From the human T2T-CHM13v2.0 reference genome, Homo sapiens: 64,000 nucleotides of DNA. The stretch lies in assembly GCF_009914755.1 (NCBI RefSeq), contig NC_060925.1. One strand, written 5' to 3'. A program made the translations under genes and the position numbers. Positions 1 to 13,356 of this stretch are shown here, piece by piece (positions within the stretch are counted from its first letter, which is position 1; the number at the start of each line of letters is the position of its first letter). The notes under the pieces were generated by a model. It ran no database searches and was not told the DNA's origin. It saw only the letters and a program-made list of their open reading frames with translations.

Positions 1-1117
1 AAAGCGGCTGAAATCTCCACTTGCAAATTCGACAAACAGAGTGTTTCAAGCCTGCTCTCTGTAAAGGATCCTTCAACTCTGTGAGTTGAATACACACAAC
101 ACAAGGAAGTTACTGAGAATTATTCTGTCTAGCAGAATATGAAGAAATCCCGTTTCCAACGAAGGCCTCAAAGAGGTCTGAATATCCACTTGCAGACTTT
201 ACAAACAGAGTGTTTCCTAACTGCTCTATGAGAAGAAAAGTTAAACTCTGTGAGTTGAACGCACACATCACAAAAGATTTTCTGAGAATCATTCTGTCTA
301 GTCTTTATATGAAGATAGTTTCCTTTTCTACCATTGACCTCAAAGCGGCTGAAATCTCCACTTGCAAATTCCACAAAAAGAGTGTTTCAAGTCTGCTCTG
401 TGTAAAGGATCGTTCAACTCTGTGAGTTGAATACACACAACACAAGGAAGTTACTGAGAATTCTTCTGTCTAGCAGAATAGGAAGAAATCCCGTTTCCAA
501 CGAAGGCCACAAGATGTCAGAATATCCACTTACAGACTTTACAAACAGAGTGTTTCCTAACTGCTCTATGAACAGAAAGGTTAAACTCTGTGAGTTGAAC
601 GAACACATCACAACGCAGTTTGTGGGAATGATTCTGTCTAGTTTTGAAACGAAGATATTTCCTTTTCTGCCGTTGACCTTAAAGCGCTTGAAATCTACAC
701 TTGCAAATTGCACAAATAGAGTGTTTCAAATCTGCTCTGTCTCAGGGAACGTTCAACTCTGTGAGTTGAATGCACACAACACAAGGAAGTTACTGGGAAT
801 TCTTCTGTCTAGCCTTACATGAAAAAAAACCCGTTTCCAACGAAGGCCTCTAAGTGGTCAAAATATCCACGTGCAGACTTTACAAACAGAGTGTTTCCAA
901 ACCGCTGAGTGAAAAGAAAAGTTAAACTCTGAGAGTTGAACGCACACATCACGCAGCAGTTTCTGAGAATGATTCTGTCTAGTTTTTATACGAAGATATT
1001 TCCTTTTCTGCCCTTGGCCCCAAAGCGCTTGAAATCTCCACTTGCATATTCCACAAAAACAGTGTTTCAAATCTGCTCTCTCTAAATGAAAGTTCAACTC
1101 TGTCAGTTGAATACACA

Positions 1118-4100
1118 CAACACAAGGAAGTTACTGAGAATTCTTCTGTCTAGCAGAATATGAAGAAATCCCGTTTCCAACGAAGGCCTCAAAGGGGTCT
1201 GAATATCCACTTGCAGACTTTAAAAACAGAGTGTTTACTAACTGTTCTATGAAAAGAAAGGTTAAACTCTGTGAGCTGAACACACACATCACAAAGGAGT
1301 TTCTGAGAATCATTCTGCCTAGTTTTTCTACGAAGATATTTCCTTTTCTACTATTGACCTCAAAGCGGCTGAAATCTCCACTTGCAAATTCCACAGAAAG
1401 AGTGTTTCAAGTCTGCTCTGTGTAAAGGATCGTTCAACTCTGTGAGTTGAATACACACAACACAAGGAAGTTACTGAGAATTCTTCTGTCTAGCAGAATA
1501 TGAAGAAATCCCGTTTCCAACGAAGGCCTCAAAGAGGTCTGAATATCCACTTGCAGACTTTACAAACAGAGTGTTTCCTAACTGCTCTATGAAAAGAAAG
1601 GTTAAACTCTGTGAGTTGAACGCACACATCACAAAGGAGTTTCTGAGAATCATTCTGTCTAGTTTCTATAGGAAGATATTTCCTATTCTACCATTGACCT
1701 CAAAGCGGCTGAAATCTCCACTTGCAAATTCCACAAAAAGAGTGTTTCAAGTCTGCTCTGTGTAAAGGATCGTTCAACTCTGTGAGTTGAATACACACAA
1801 CACAAGGAAGTTACTGAGAATTCTTCTGTCTAGCAGAATATGAAGAAATCCGGTTTCCAACGAAGGCCTCAAGGAGGTCTGAATATCCACTTGCAGACTT
1901 TACAAACAGAGTGTTTCCTAACTGCTCTATGAACAGAAAGGTTAAACTCTGTGAGTTGAACGCACACACCACAAAAGAGTTTCTGAGAATCATTCTGTCT
2001 AGTCTTTATACGAAGATATTTACCTTTCTACCATTGACCTCAAAGCGGCTGAAATCTCCACTTGCAAATTCCACAAAAAGAGTGTTTCAAGTCTGCTCTC
2101 TGTAAAGGATCATTCAACTCTGTGAGTTGAATAAATACAACACAAGGAAGTTACTGAGAATTCTTCTGTCTAGCAGAATATGAAGAAATCCCGTTTCCAA
2201 CGAAGGCCTCAAGGAGGTCTGAATATCCACTTGCAGACTTTACAAACAGAGTGTTTCCTAACTGCTCTATGAAAAGAAAGGTTAAACTCTGTGAGTTGAA
2301 CGCACACATCACAAAGGAGTTTATGAGAATCATTCTGTCTAGTTTCTATAAGAAGATATTTCCTATTCTACCATTGACCTCAAAGCGGCTGAAATCTCCA
2401 CTTGCAAATTCGACAAAAAAGAGTGTTTCAAGCCTGCTCTCTGTAAAGGATCCTTCAACTCTGTGAGTTGAATACACACAACACAAGGAAGTTACTGAGA
2501 ATTATTCTGTCTAGCATAATATGAAGAATCCCGTTTCCAACGAAGGCCTCAAAGAGGTCTGAATATCCACTTGCAGACTTTACAAACAGAGTGTTTCCTA
2601 ACTGCTCTATGAGAAGAAAAGTTAAACTCTGTGAGTTGAACGCACACATCACAAAAGATTTTCTGAGAATCATTCTGTCTAGTCTTTATATGAAGATAGT
2701 TTCCTTTTCTACCATTGACCTCAAAGCGGCTGAAATCTCCACTTGCAAATTCCACAAAAAGAGTGTTTCAAGTCTGCTCTGTGTAAAGGATCGTTCAACT
2801 CTGTGAGTTGAATACACACAACACAAGGAAGTTACTGAGAATTCTTCTGTCTAGCAGAATAGGAAGAAATCCCGTTTCCAACGAAGGCCACAAGATGTCA
2901 GAATATCCACTTACAGACTTTACAAACAGAGTGTTTCCTAACTGCTCTATGAACAGAAAGGTTAAACTCTGTGAGTTGAACGAACACATCACAACGCAGT
3001 TTGTGGGAATGATTCTGTCTAGTTTTGAAACGAAGATATTTCCTTTTCTGCCGTTGACCTTAAAGCGCTTGAAATCTACACTTGCAAATTGCACAAATAG
3101 AGTGTTTCAAATCTGCTCTGTCTAAGGGAACGTTCAACTCTGTGAGTTGAATGCACACAACACAAGGAAGTTACTGGGAATTCTTCTGTCTAGCCTTACA
3201 TGAAAAAACCCGTTTCCAACGAAGGCCTCTAAGTGGTCAAAATATCCACGTGCAGACTTTACAAACAGAGTGTTTCCAAACCGCTGAATGAAAAGAAAAG
3301 TTGAACTCTGAGAGTTGAACGCACACATCACGCAGCAGTTTCTGAGAATGATTCTGTCTAGTTTTTATACGAAGATATTTCCTTTTCTGCCTTTGGCCCC
3401 AAAGCGCTTGAAATCTCCACTTGCAAATTCCACAAAAACAGTGTTTCAAATCTGCTCTCTCTAAATGAAAGTTCAACTCTGTCAGTTGAATACACACAAC
3501 ACAAGGAAGTTACTGAGAATTCTTCTGTCTAGCATAATATGAAGAAATCCCGTTTCCAACGAAGGCCTCAAAGGGGTCTGAATATCCACTTGCAGACTTT
3601 ATAAACAGAGTGTTTACTAACTGCTCTATGAAAAGAAAGGTTAAACTCTGTGAGTTGAACACACACATCACAAAGGAGTTTCTGAGAATCATTCTGTCTA
3701 GTTTTTCTACGAAGATATTTCCTTTTCTACTATTGACCTCAAAGCGGCTGAAATCTCCACTTGCAAATTCCACAAAAAGAGTGTTTCAAGTCTGCTCTGT
3801 GTAAAGGATCGTTCAACTCTGTGAGTTGAATACACACAACACAAGGAAGTTTCTGAGAAATATTCTGTCTAGCAGAATATGAAGAAATCCCGTTTCCAAC
3901 GAAGGCCTCAAAGAGGTCTGAATATCCACTTGCAGACTTTACAAACAGAGTGTTTCCTAACTGCTCTATGAAAAGAAAGGTTAAACTCTGTGAGTTGAAC
4001 GCACACATCACAAAGGAGTTTCTGAGAATCGTTCTGTCTAGTTTCTATAGGAAGATATTTCCTATTCTACCATTGACCTCAAAGCGGCTGAAATCTCCAC

Positions 4101-7100
4101 TTGCAAATTCCACAAAAAGAATGTTTCAAGTCTGCTCTGTGTAAACGATCGTTCAACTCTGTGAGTTGAATACACACAACACAAGGAAGTTACTGAGAAT
4201 TCTTCTGTCTAGCATAATATGAAGAAATCCCGTTTCCAACGAAGGCCTCAAAGAGGTCTGAATATCCACTTGCAGACTTTACAAACAGAGTGTTTCCTAA
4301 CTGCTCTATGAAAAGAAAAGTTAAACTCTGTGATTTGAACGCACACATCACAAAGGAGTTTCTGAGAATCATTCTGTCTGGTCTTTATACGAAGATATTT
4401 CCTTTTCTACCATTGACCTCAAAGCGGCTGAAATCTCCACTTGCAAATTCCACAAAAAGAGTGTTTCAAGTCTGCTCTGTGAAAAGGATCGTTCAACTCT
4501 GTGAGATGAATACACACAACACAAGGAAGTTACTGAGAATTCTTCTGTCTAGCAGAATATGAAGAAATCCCGTTTCCAACGAAGGCCTCAAGGAGGTCTG
4601 AATATCCACTTGCAGACTTTACAAACAGAGTGTTTCCTAACTGCTCTATGAACAGAAAGGTTAAACTCTGTGAGTTGAACGCACACATCACAAAGGAGTT
4701 TCTGAGAATCATTCTGTCTAGTCTTTATACGAAGATATTTACTTTTCTACCATTGACCTCAAAGCGGCTGAAATCTCCACTTGCAAATTCCACAAAAAGA
4801 GTGTTTCAAGTCTGCTCTGTGTAAAGGATCATTCAACTCTGTGAGTTGAATAAACACAACACAAGGAAGTTACTGAGAATTCTTCTGTCTAGCAGAATAT
4901 GAAGAAATACCGTTTCCAACGAAGGCCTCAAGGAGGTCGGAATATCCACTTGCAGACTTTACAAACAGAGTGTTTCCTAACTGCTCTATGAAAAGAAAGG
5001 TTAAACTCTGTGAGTTGAACGCACACATCACAAAGGAGTTCATGAGAATCATTCTGTCTAGTTTCTATAAGAAGATATTTCCTATTTTACCATTGACCTC
5101 AAAGCGGCTGAAATCTCCACTTGCAAATTCGACAAAAAGAGTGTTGCAAGCCTGCTTTCTGTAAAGTATCCTTCAACTCTGTGAGTTGAATACACACAAC
5201 ACAAGGAAGTTACTGAGAATTATTCTGTCTAGCATAATATGAAGAAATCCCGTTTCCAACGAAGGCCTCAAAGAGGTCTGAATATCCACTTGCAGACTTT
5301 ACAAACAGAGTGTTTCCTAACTGCTCTATGAGAAGAAAAGTTAAACTCTGTGAGTTGAACGCACACATCACAAAAGATTTTCTGAGAATCATTCTGTCTA
5401 GTCTTTATATGAAGATAGTTTCCTTTTCTACCATTGACCTCAAAGCGGCTGAAATCTCCACTTGCAAATTCCACAAAAAGAGTGTTTCAAGTCTGCTCTG
5501 TGTAAAGGATCGTTCAACTCTGTGAGTTGAATACACACAACACAAGGAAGTTACTGAGAATTCTTCTGTCTAGCAGAATATGAAGAAATCCCGTTTCCAA
5601 CGAAGGCCACAAGATGTCAGAATATCCACTTACAGACTTTACAAACAGAGTGTTTCCTAACTGCTCTATGAACAGAAAGGTTAAACTCTGTGAGTTGAAC
5701 GAACACATCACAACGCAGTTTGTGGGAATGATTCTGTCTAGTTTTGAAACGAAGATATTTCCTTTTCTGCCGTTGACCTTAAAGCGCTTGAAATCTACAC
5801 TTGCAAATTGCACAAATAGAGTGTTTCAAATCTGCTCTGTCTAAGGGAACGTTCAACTCTGTGAGTTGAATGCACACAACACAAGGAAGTTACTGGGAAT
5901 TCTTCTGTCTAGCCTTACATGAAAAAAACCCGTTTCCAACGAAGGCCTCTAAGTGGTCAAAATTTCCACGTGCAGACTTTACAAACAGAGTGTTTCCAAA
6001 CCGCTGAATGAAAAGAAAAGTTAAACTCTGAGAGTTGAACGCACACATCACGCAGCAGTTTCTGAGAATGATTCTGTCTAGTTTTTATACGAAGATATTT
6101 CCTTTTCTGCCTTTGGCCCCAAAGCGCTTGAAATCTCCACTTGCAAATTCCACAAAAACAGTGTTTCAAATCTGCTCTCTCTAAATGAAAGTTCAACTCT
6201 GTCAGTTGAATACACACAACACAAGGAAGTTACTGAGAATTCTTCTGTCTAGCAAAATATGAAGAAATCCCGTTTCCAACGAAGGCCTCAAAGGGGTCTG
6301 AATATCCACTTGCAGACTTTATAAACAGAGTGTTTACTAACTGCTCTATGAAAAGAAAGGTTAAACTCTGTGAGTTGAACACACACATCACAAAGGAGTT
6401 TCTGAGAATCATTCTGTCTAGTTTTTCTACGAAGATATTTCCTTTTCTACTATTGACCTCAAAGCGGCTGAAATCTCCACTTGCAAATTCCACAAAAAGA
6501 GTGTTTCAAGTCTGCTCTGTGTAAAGGATCGTTCAACTCTGTGAGTTGAATACACACAACACAAGGAAGTTACTGAGAATTATTCTGTCTAGCAGAATAT
6601 GAAGAAATCCCGTTTCCAACGAAGGCCTCAAAGAGGTCTGAATATCCACTTGCAGACTTTACAAACAGAGTGTTTCCTAACTGCTCTATGAAAAGAAAGG
6701 TTAAACTCTGTGAGTTGAACGCACACATCACAAAGGAGTTTCTGAGAATCGTTCTGTCTAGTTTCTATAGGAAGATATTTCCTATTCTACCATTGACCTC
6801 AAAGCGGCTGAAATCTCCACTTGCAAATTCCACAAAAAGAGTGTTTCAAGCCTGCTCTCTGTAAAGGATCCTTCAACTCTGTGAGTTGAATACACACAAC
6901 ACAAGGAAGTTACTGAGAATTATTCTGTCTAGCATAATATGAAGAAATCCCGTTTCCAACGAAGGCCTCAAAGAGGTCTGAATATCCACTTGCAGACTTT
7001 ACAAACAGAGTGTTTCCTAACTGCTCTATGAGAAGAAAAGTTAAACTCTGTGAGTTGAACGCACACATCACAAAAGATTTTCTGAGAATCATTCTGTCTA

Positions 7101-10100
7101 GTCTTTATATGAAGATAGTTTCCTTTTCTACCATTGACCTCAAAGCGGCTGAAATCTCCACTTGCAAATTCCACAAAAAGAGTGTTTCAAGTCTGCTCTG
7201 TGTAAAGGATCGTTCAACTCTGTGAGTTGAATACACACAACACAAGGAAGTTACTGAGAATTCTTCTGTCTAGCAGAATATGAAGAAATCCCGTTTCCAA
7301 CGAAGGCCACAAGATGTCAGAATATCCACTTACAGACTTTACAAACAGAGTGTTTCCTAACTGCTCTATGAACAGAAAGGTTAAACTCTGTGAGTTGAAC
7401 GAACACATCACAACGCAGTTTGTGGGAATGATTCTGTCTAGTTTTGAAACGAAGATATTTCCTTTTCTGCCGTTGACCTTAAAGCGCTTGAAATCTACAC
7501 TTGCAAATTGCACAAATAGAGTGTTTCAAATCTGCTCTGTCTAAGGGAACGTTCAACTCTGTGAGTTGAATGCACACAACACAAGGAAGTTACTGGGAAT
7601 TCTTCTGTCTAGCCTTACATGAAAAAACCCGTTTCCAACGAAGGCCTCTAAGTGGTCAAAATATCCACGTGCAGACTTTACAAACAGAGTGTTTCCAAAC
7701 CGCTGAATGAAAAGAAAAGTTGAACTCTGAGAGTTGAACGCACACATCACGCAGCAGTTTCTGAGAATGATTCTGTCTAGTTTTTATACGAAGATATTTC
7801 CTTTTCTGCCTTTGGCCCCAAAGCGCTTGAAATCTCCACTTGCAAATTCCACAAAAACAGTGTTTCAAATCTGCTCTCTCTAAATGAAAGTTCAACTCTG
7901 TCAGTTGAATACACACAACACAAGGAAGTTACTGAGAATTCTTCTGTCTAGCATAATATGAAGAAATCCCGTTTCCAACGAAGGCCTCAAAGGGGTCTGA
8001 ATATCCACTTGCAGACTTTATAAACAGAGTGTTTACTAACTGCTCTATGAAAAGAAAGGTTAAACTCTGTGAGTTGAACACACACATCACAAAGGAGTTT
8101 CTGAGAATCATTCTGTCTAGTTTTTCTACGAAGATATTTCCTTTTCTACTATTGACCTCAAAGCGGCTGAAATCTCCACTTGCAAATTCCACAAAAAGAG
8201 TGTTTCAAGTCTGCTCTGTGTAAAGGATCGTTCAACTCTGTGAGTTGAATACACACAACACAAGGAAGTTACTGAGATTTCTTCTGTCTAGCAGAAGAGG
8301 AAGAAATCCCGTTTCCAACGAAGGCCTCAAAGAGATCTGAATATCCACCTGCAGACTTTACAAACAGAGTGTTTCCTAACTGCTCTATGAAAAGAAAAGT
8401 TAAACTCTGTGAGTTGAACGCACACATCACAAAGGAGTTTCTGAGAATCGTTCTGTCTAGTTTCTATAGGAAGATATTTCCTATTCTACCATTGACCTCA
8501 AAGCGGCTGAAATCTCCACTTGCAAATTCCACAAAAAGAATGTTTCAAGTCTGCTCTGTGTAAAGGATCGTTCAACTCTGTGAGTTGAATACACACAACA
8601 CAAGGAAGTTACTGAGAATTCTTCTGTCTAGCATAATATGAAGAAATCCCGTTTCCAACGAAGGCCTCAAAGAGGTCTTAATATCCACTTGCAGACTTTA
8701 CAAACAGAGTGTTTCCTAACTGCTCTATGAAAAGAAAAGTTAAACTCTTTGAGTTGAACGCACACATCACAAAGGAGTTTCTGAGAATCATTCTGTCTAG
8801 TCTTTATACGAAGATATTTCCTTTTCTACCATTGACCTCAAAGCGGCTGAAATCTCCACTTGCAAATTCCACAAAAAGAGTGTTTCAAGTCTGCTCTGTG
8901 TAAAGGATCGTTCAACTCTGTGAGTTGAATACACACAACACAAGGAAGTTACTGAGAATTCTTCTGTCTAGCAGAATATGAAGAAATCCCGTTTCCAACG
9001 AAGGCCTCAAGGAGGTCTGAATATCCACTTGCAGACTTTACAAACAGAGTGTTTCCTAACTGCTCTATGAACAGAAAGGTTAAACTCTGTGAGTTGAACG
9101 CACACATCACAAAGGACTTTCTGAGAATCATTCTGTCTAGTCTTTATACGAAGATATTTACTTTTCTACCATTGACCTCAAAGCGGCTGAAATCTCCACT
9201 TGCAAATTCCACAAAAAGAGTGTTTCAAGTCTGCTCTGTGTAAAGGATCATTCAACTCTGTGAGTTGAATAAACACAACACAAGGAAGTTACTGAGAATT
9301 CTTCTGTCTAGCAGAATATGAAGAAATCCCGTTTCCAACGAAGGCCTCAAGGAGGTCTGAATATCCACTTGCAGACTTTACAAACAGAGTGTTTCCTAAC
9401 TGCTCTATGAAAAGAAAGGTTAAACTCTGTGAGTTGAACGCACACATCACAAAGGAGTTCATGAGAATCATTTTGTCTAGGTTCTATAAGAAGATATTTC
9501 CTATTCTACCATTGACCTCAAAGCGGCTGAAATCTCCACTTGCAAATTCGACAAAAAGAGTGTTTCAAGCCTGCTCTCTGTAAAGGATCCTTCAACTCTG
9601 TGAGTTGAATACACACAACACAAGGAAGTTACTGAGAATTATTCTGTCTAGCATAAAATGAAGAAATCCCGTTTCCAACGAAGGCCTCAAAGAGGTCTGA
9701 ATATCCACTTGCACACTTTACAAACAGAGTGTTTCCTAACTGCTCTATGAGAAGAAAAGTTAAACTCTGTGAGTTGAACGCACACATCACAAAAGATTTT
9801 CTGAGAATCATTCTGTCTAGTCTTTATATGAAGATAGTTTCCTTTTCTACCATTGACCTCAAAGCGGCTGAAATCTCCACTTGCAAATTCCACAAAAAGA
9901 GTGTTTCAAGTCTGCTCTGTGTAAAGGATCGTTCAACTCTGTGAGTTGAATACACACAACACAAGGAAGTTACTGAGAATTCTTCTGTCTAGCAGAATAT
10001 GAAGAAATCCCGTTTCCAACGAAGGCCACAAGATGTCAGAATATCCACTTACAGACTTTACAAACAGAGTGTTTCCTAACTGCTCTATGAACAGAAAGGT

Positions 10101-13100
10101 TAAACTCTGTGAGTTGAACGAACACATCACAACGCAGTTTGTGGGAATGATTCTGTCTAGTTTTGAAACGAAGATATTTCCTTTTCTGCCGTTGACCTTA
10201 AAGCGCTTGAAATCTACACTTGCAAACTGCACAAATAGAGTGTTTCTAATCTGCTCTGTCTAAGGGAACGTTCAACTCTGTGAGTTGAATGCACACAACA
10301 CAAGGAAGTTACTGGGAATTCTTCTGTCTAGCCTTACATGAAAAAAACCCGTTTCCAACGAAGGCCTCTAAGTGGTCAAAATTTCCACGTGCAGACTTTA
10401 CAAACAGAGTGTTTCCAAACCGCTGAATGAAAAGAAAAGTTAAACTCTGAGAGTTGAACGCACACATCACGCAGCAGTTTCTGAGAATGATTCTGTCTAG
10501 TTTTTATACGAAGATATTTCCTTTTCTGCCTTTGGCCCCAAAGCGCTTGAAATCTCCACTTGCAAATTCCACAAAAACAGTGTTTCAAATCTGCTCTCTC
10601 TAAATGAAAGTTCAACTCTGTCAGTTGAATACACACAACACAAGGAAGTTACTGAGAATTCTTCTGTCTAGCATAATATGAAGAAATCCCGTTTCCAACG
10701 AAGGCCTCAAAGGGGTCTGAATATCCACTTGCAGACTTTATAAACAGAGTGTTTACTAACTGCTCTATGAAAAGAAAGGTTAAACTCTGTGAGTTGAACA
10801 CACACATCACAAAGGAGTTTCTGAGAATCATTCTGTCTAGTTTTTCTACGAAGATATTTCCTTTTCTACTATTGACCTCAAAGCGGCTGAAATCTCCACT
10901 TGCAAATTCCACAAAAAGAGTGTTTCAAGTCTGCTCTGTGTAAAGGATCGTTCAACTCTGTGAGTTGAATACACACAACACAAGGAAGTTACTGAGAATT
11001 CTTCTGTCTAGCAGAATAGGAAGAAATCCCGTTTCCAACGAAGGCCTCAAAGAGGTCTGAATATCCACTTGCAGACTTTACAAACAGAGTGTTTCCTAAC
11101 GGCTCTATGAAAAGAAAAGTTAAACTCTGTGAGTTGAACGCACACATCACAAAGGAGTTTCTGAGAATCGTTCTGTCTAGTTTCTATAGGAAGATATTTC
11201 CTATTCTACCATTGACCTCAAAGCGGCTGAAATCTCCAGTTGCAAATTCCACAAAAAGAATGTTTCAAGTCTGCTCTGTGTAAAGGATCGTTCAACTCTG
11301 TGAGTTGAATACACACAACACAAGGAAGTTACTGAGAATTCTTCTGTCTAGCAGAATATGAAGAAATCCCGTTTCCAACGAAGGCCTCAAAGAGGTCTGA
11401 ATATCCACTTGCAGACTTTACAAACAGAGTGTTTCCTAACTGCTCTATGAAAAGAAAAGTTAAACTCTGTGAGTTGAACGCACACATCACAAAGGAGTTT
11501 GTGAGAATCATTCTGTATAGTCTTTATACGAAGATATTTCCTTTTCTACTATTGACCTCAAAGCGGCTGAAATCTCCACTTGCAAATTCCACAAAAAGAG
11601 TGTTTCAAATCTGCTCTGTGTAAAGGATCGTTCAACTCTGTGAGTTGAATACACACAACACAAGGAAGTTACTGAGAATTCTTCTGTCTAGCAGAATATG
11701 AAGAAATCCCGTTTCCAACGAAGGCCTCAAGGAGGTCTGAATATCCACTTGCAGACTTTACAAACAGAGTGTTTCCTAACTGCTCTATGAACAGAAAGGT
11801 TAAACTCTGTGAGTTGAACGCACACATCACAAAGGAGTTTCTGAGAATCATTCTGTCTAGTCTTTATACGAAGATATTTACTTTTCTACCATTGACCTCA
11901 AAGCGGCTGAAATCTCCACTTGCAAATTCCGCAAAAAGAGTGTTTCAAGTCTGCTCTGTGTAAATGATCATTCAACTCTGTGAGTTGAATAAACACAACA
12001 CAAGGAAGTTACTGAGAATTCTTCTGTCTAGCAGAATATGAAGAAATCCCGTTTCCAACGAAGGCCTCAAGGAGGTCTGAATATCCACTTGCAGACTTTA
12101 CAAACAGAGTGTTTCCTAACTGCTCTATGAACAGAAAGGTTAAACTCTGTGAGTTGAACGCACACATCACAAAGGAGTTTATGAGAATCATTCTGTCTAG
12201 TTTCTATAAGAAGATATTTCCTATTCTACCATTGACCTCAAAGCGGCTGAAATCTCCACTTGCAAATTCGACAAAAAGAGTGTTTCAAGCCTGCTCTCTG
12301 TAAAGGATCCTTCAACTCTGTGAGTTGGATACACACAACACAAGGAAGTTACTGAGAATTATTCTGTCTGGCATAATATGAAGAAATCCCGTTTCCAACG
12401 AAGGCCTCAAAGAGGTCTGAATATCCACTTGCAGACTTTACAAACAGAGTGTTTCCTAACTGCTCTATGAGAAGAAAAGTTAAACTCTGTGAGTTGAACG
12501 CACACATCACAAAAGATTTTCTGAGAATCATTCTGTCTAGTCTTTATATGAAGATAGTTTCCTTTTCTACCATTGACCTCAAAGCGGCTGAAATCTCCAC
12601 TTGCAAATTCCACAAAAAGAGTGTTTCAAGTCTGCTCTGTGTAAAGGATCGTTCAACTCTGTGAGTTGAATACACACAACACAAGGAAGTTACTGAGAAT
12701 TCTTCTGTCTAGCAGAATATGAAGAAATCCCGTTTCCAACGAAGGCCACAAGATGTCAGAATATCCACTTACAGACTTTACAAACAGAGTGTTTCCTAAC
12801 TGCTCTATGAACAGAAAGGTTAAACTCTGTGAGTTGAACGAACACATCACAACGCAGTTTGTGGGAATGATTCTGTCTAGTTTTGAAAGGAAGATATTTC
12901 CTTTTCAGCCGTTGACCTTAAAGCGCTTGAAATCTACACTTGCAAATTGCACAAATAGGCTGTTTCAAATCTGCTCTGTCTAAGGGAACGTTCAACTCTG
13001 TGAGTTGAATGCACACAACACAAGGAAGTTACTGGGAATTCTTCTGTCTAGCCTTACATGAAAAAAACCCGTTTCCAACGAAGGCCTCTAAGTGGTCAAA

Positions 13101-13356
13101 ATATCCACGTGCAGACTTTACAAACAGAGTGTTTCCAAACCGCTGAATGAAAAGAAAAGTTAAACTCTGAGAGTTGAACGCACACATCACGCAGCAGTTT
13201 CTGAGAATGATTCTGTCTAGTTTTTATACGAAGATATTTCCTTTTCTGCCTTTGGCCCCAAAGCGCTTGAAATCTCCACTTGCAAATTCCACAAAAACAG
13301 TGTTTCAAATCTGCTCTCTCTAAATGAAAGTTCAACTCTGTCAGTTGAATACACAC
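1118..13356 (-). repeat. HOR run 14-mer, 16-mer, 10-mer, 16-mer, 16-mer
   Basis: C-dimer anchors (end of the 86-aa minus-strand pseudo-ORF) at 1118, 3497, 6217, 7916, 10636 and 13356 give spacings 2379, 2720, 1699, 2720 and 2720. Confidence 0.9.

Noticed and set aside
858-1118. Cys/His-rich peptide (HCFCGIC...VCKVC) resembling a zinc-binding motif
   Set aside because: It arises from the tgt/tgc-rich alphoid consensus read on the minus strand. There is no valid zinc-finger spacing or evidence of coding constraint.
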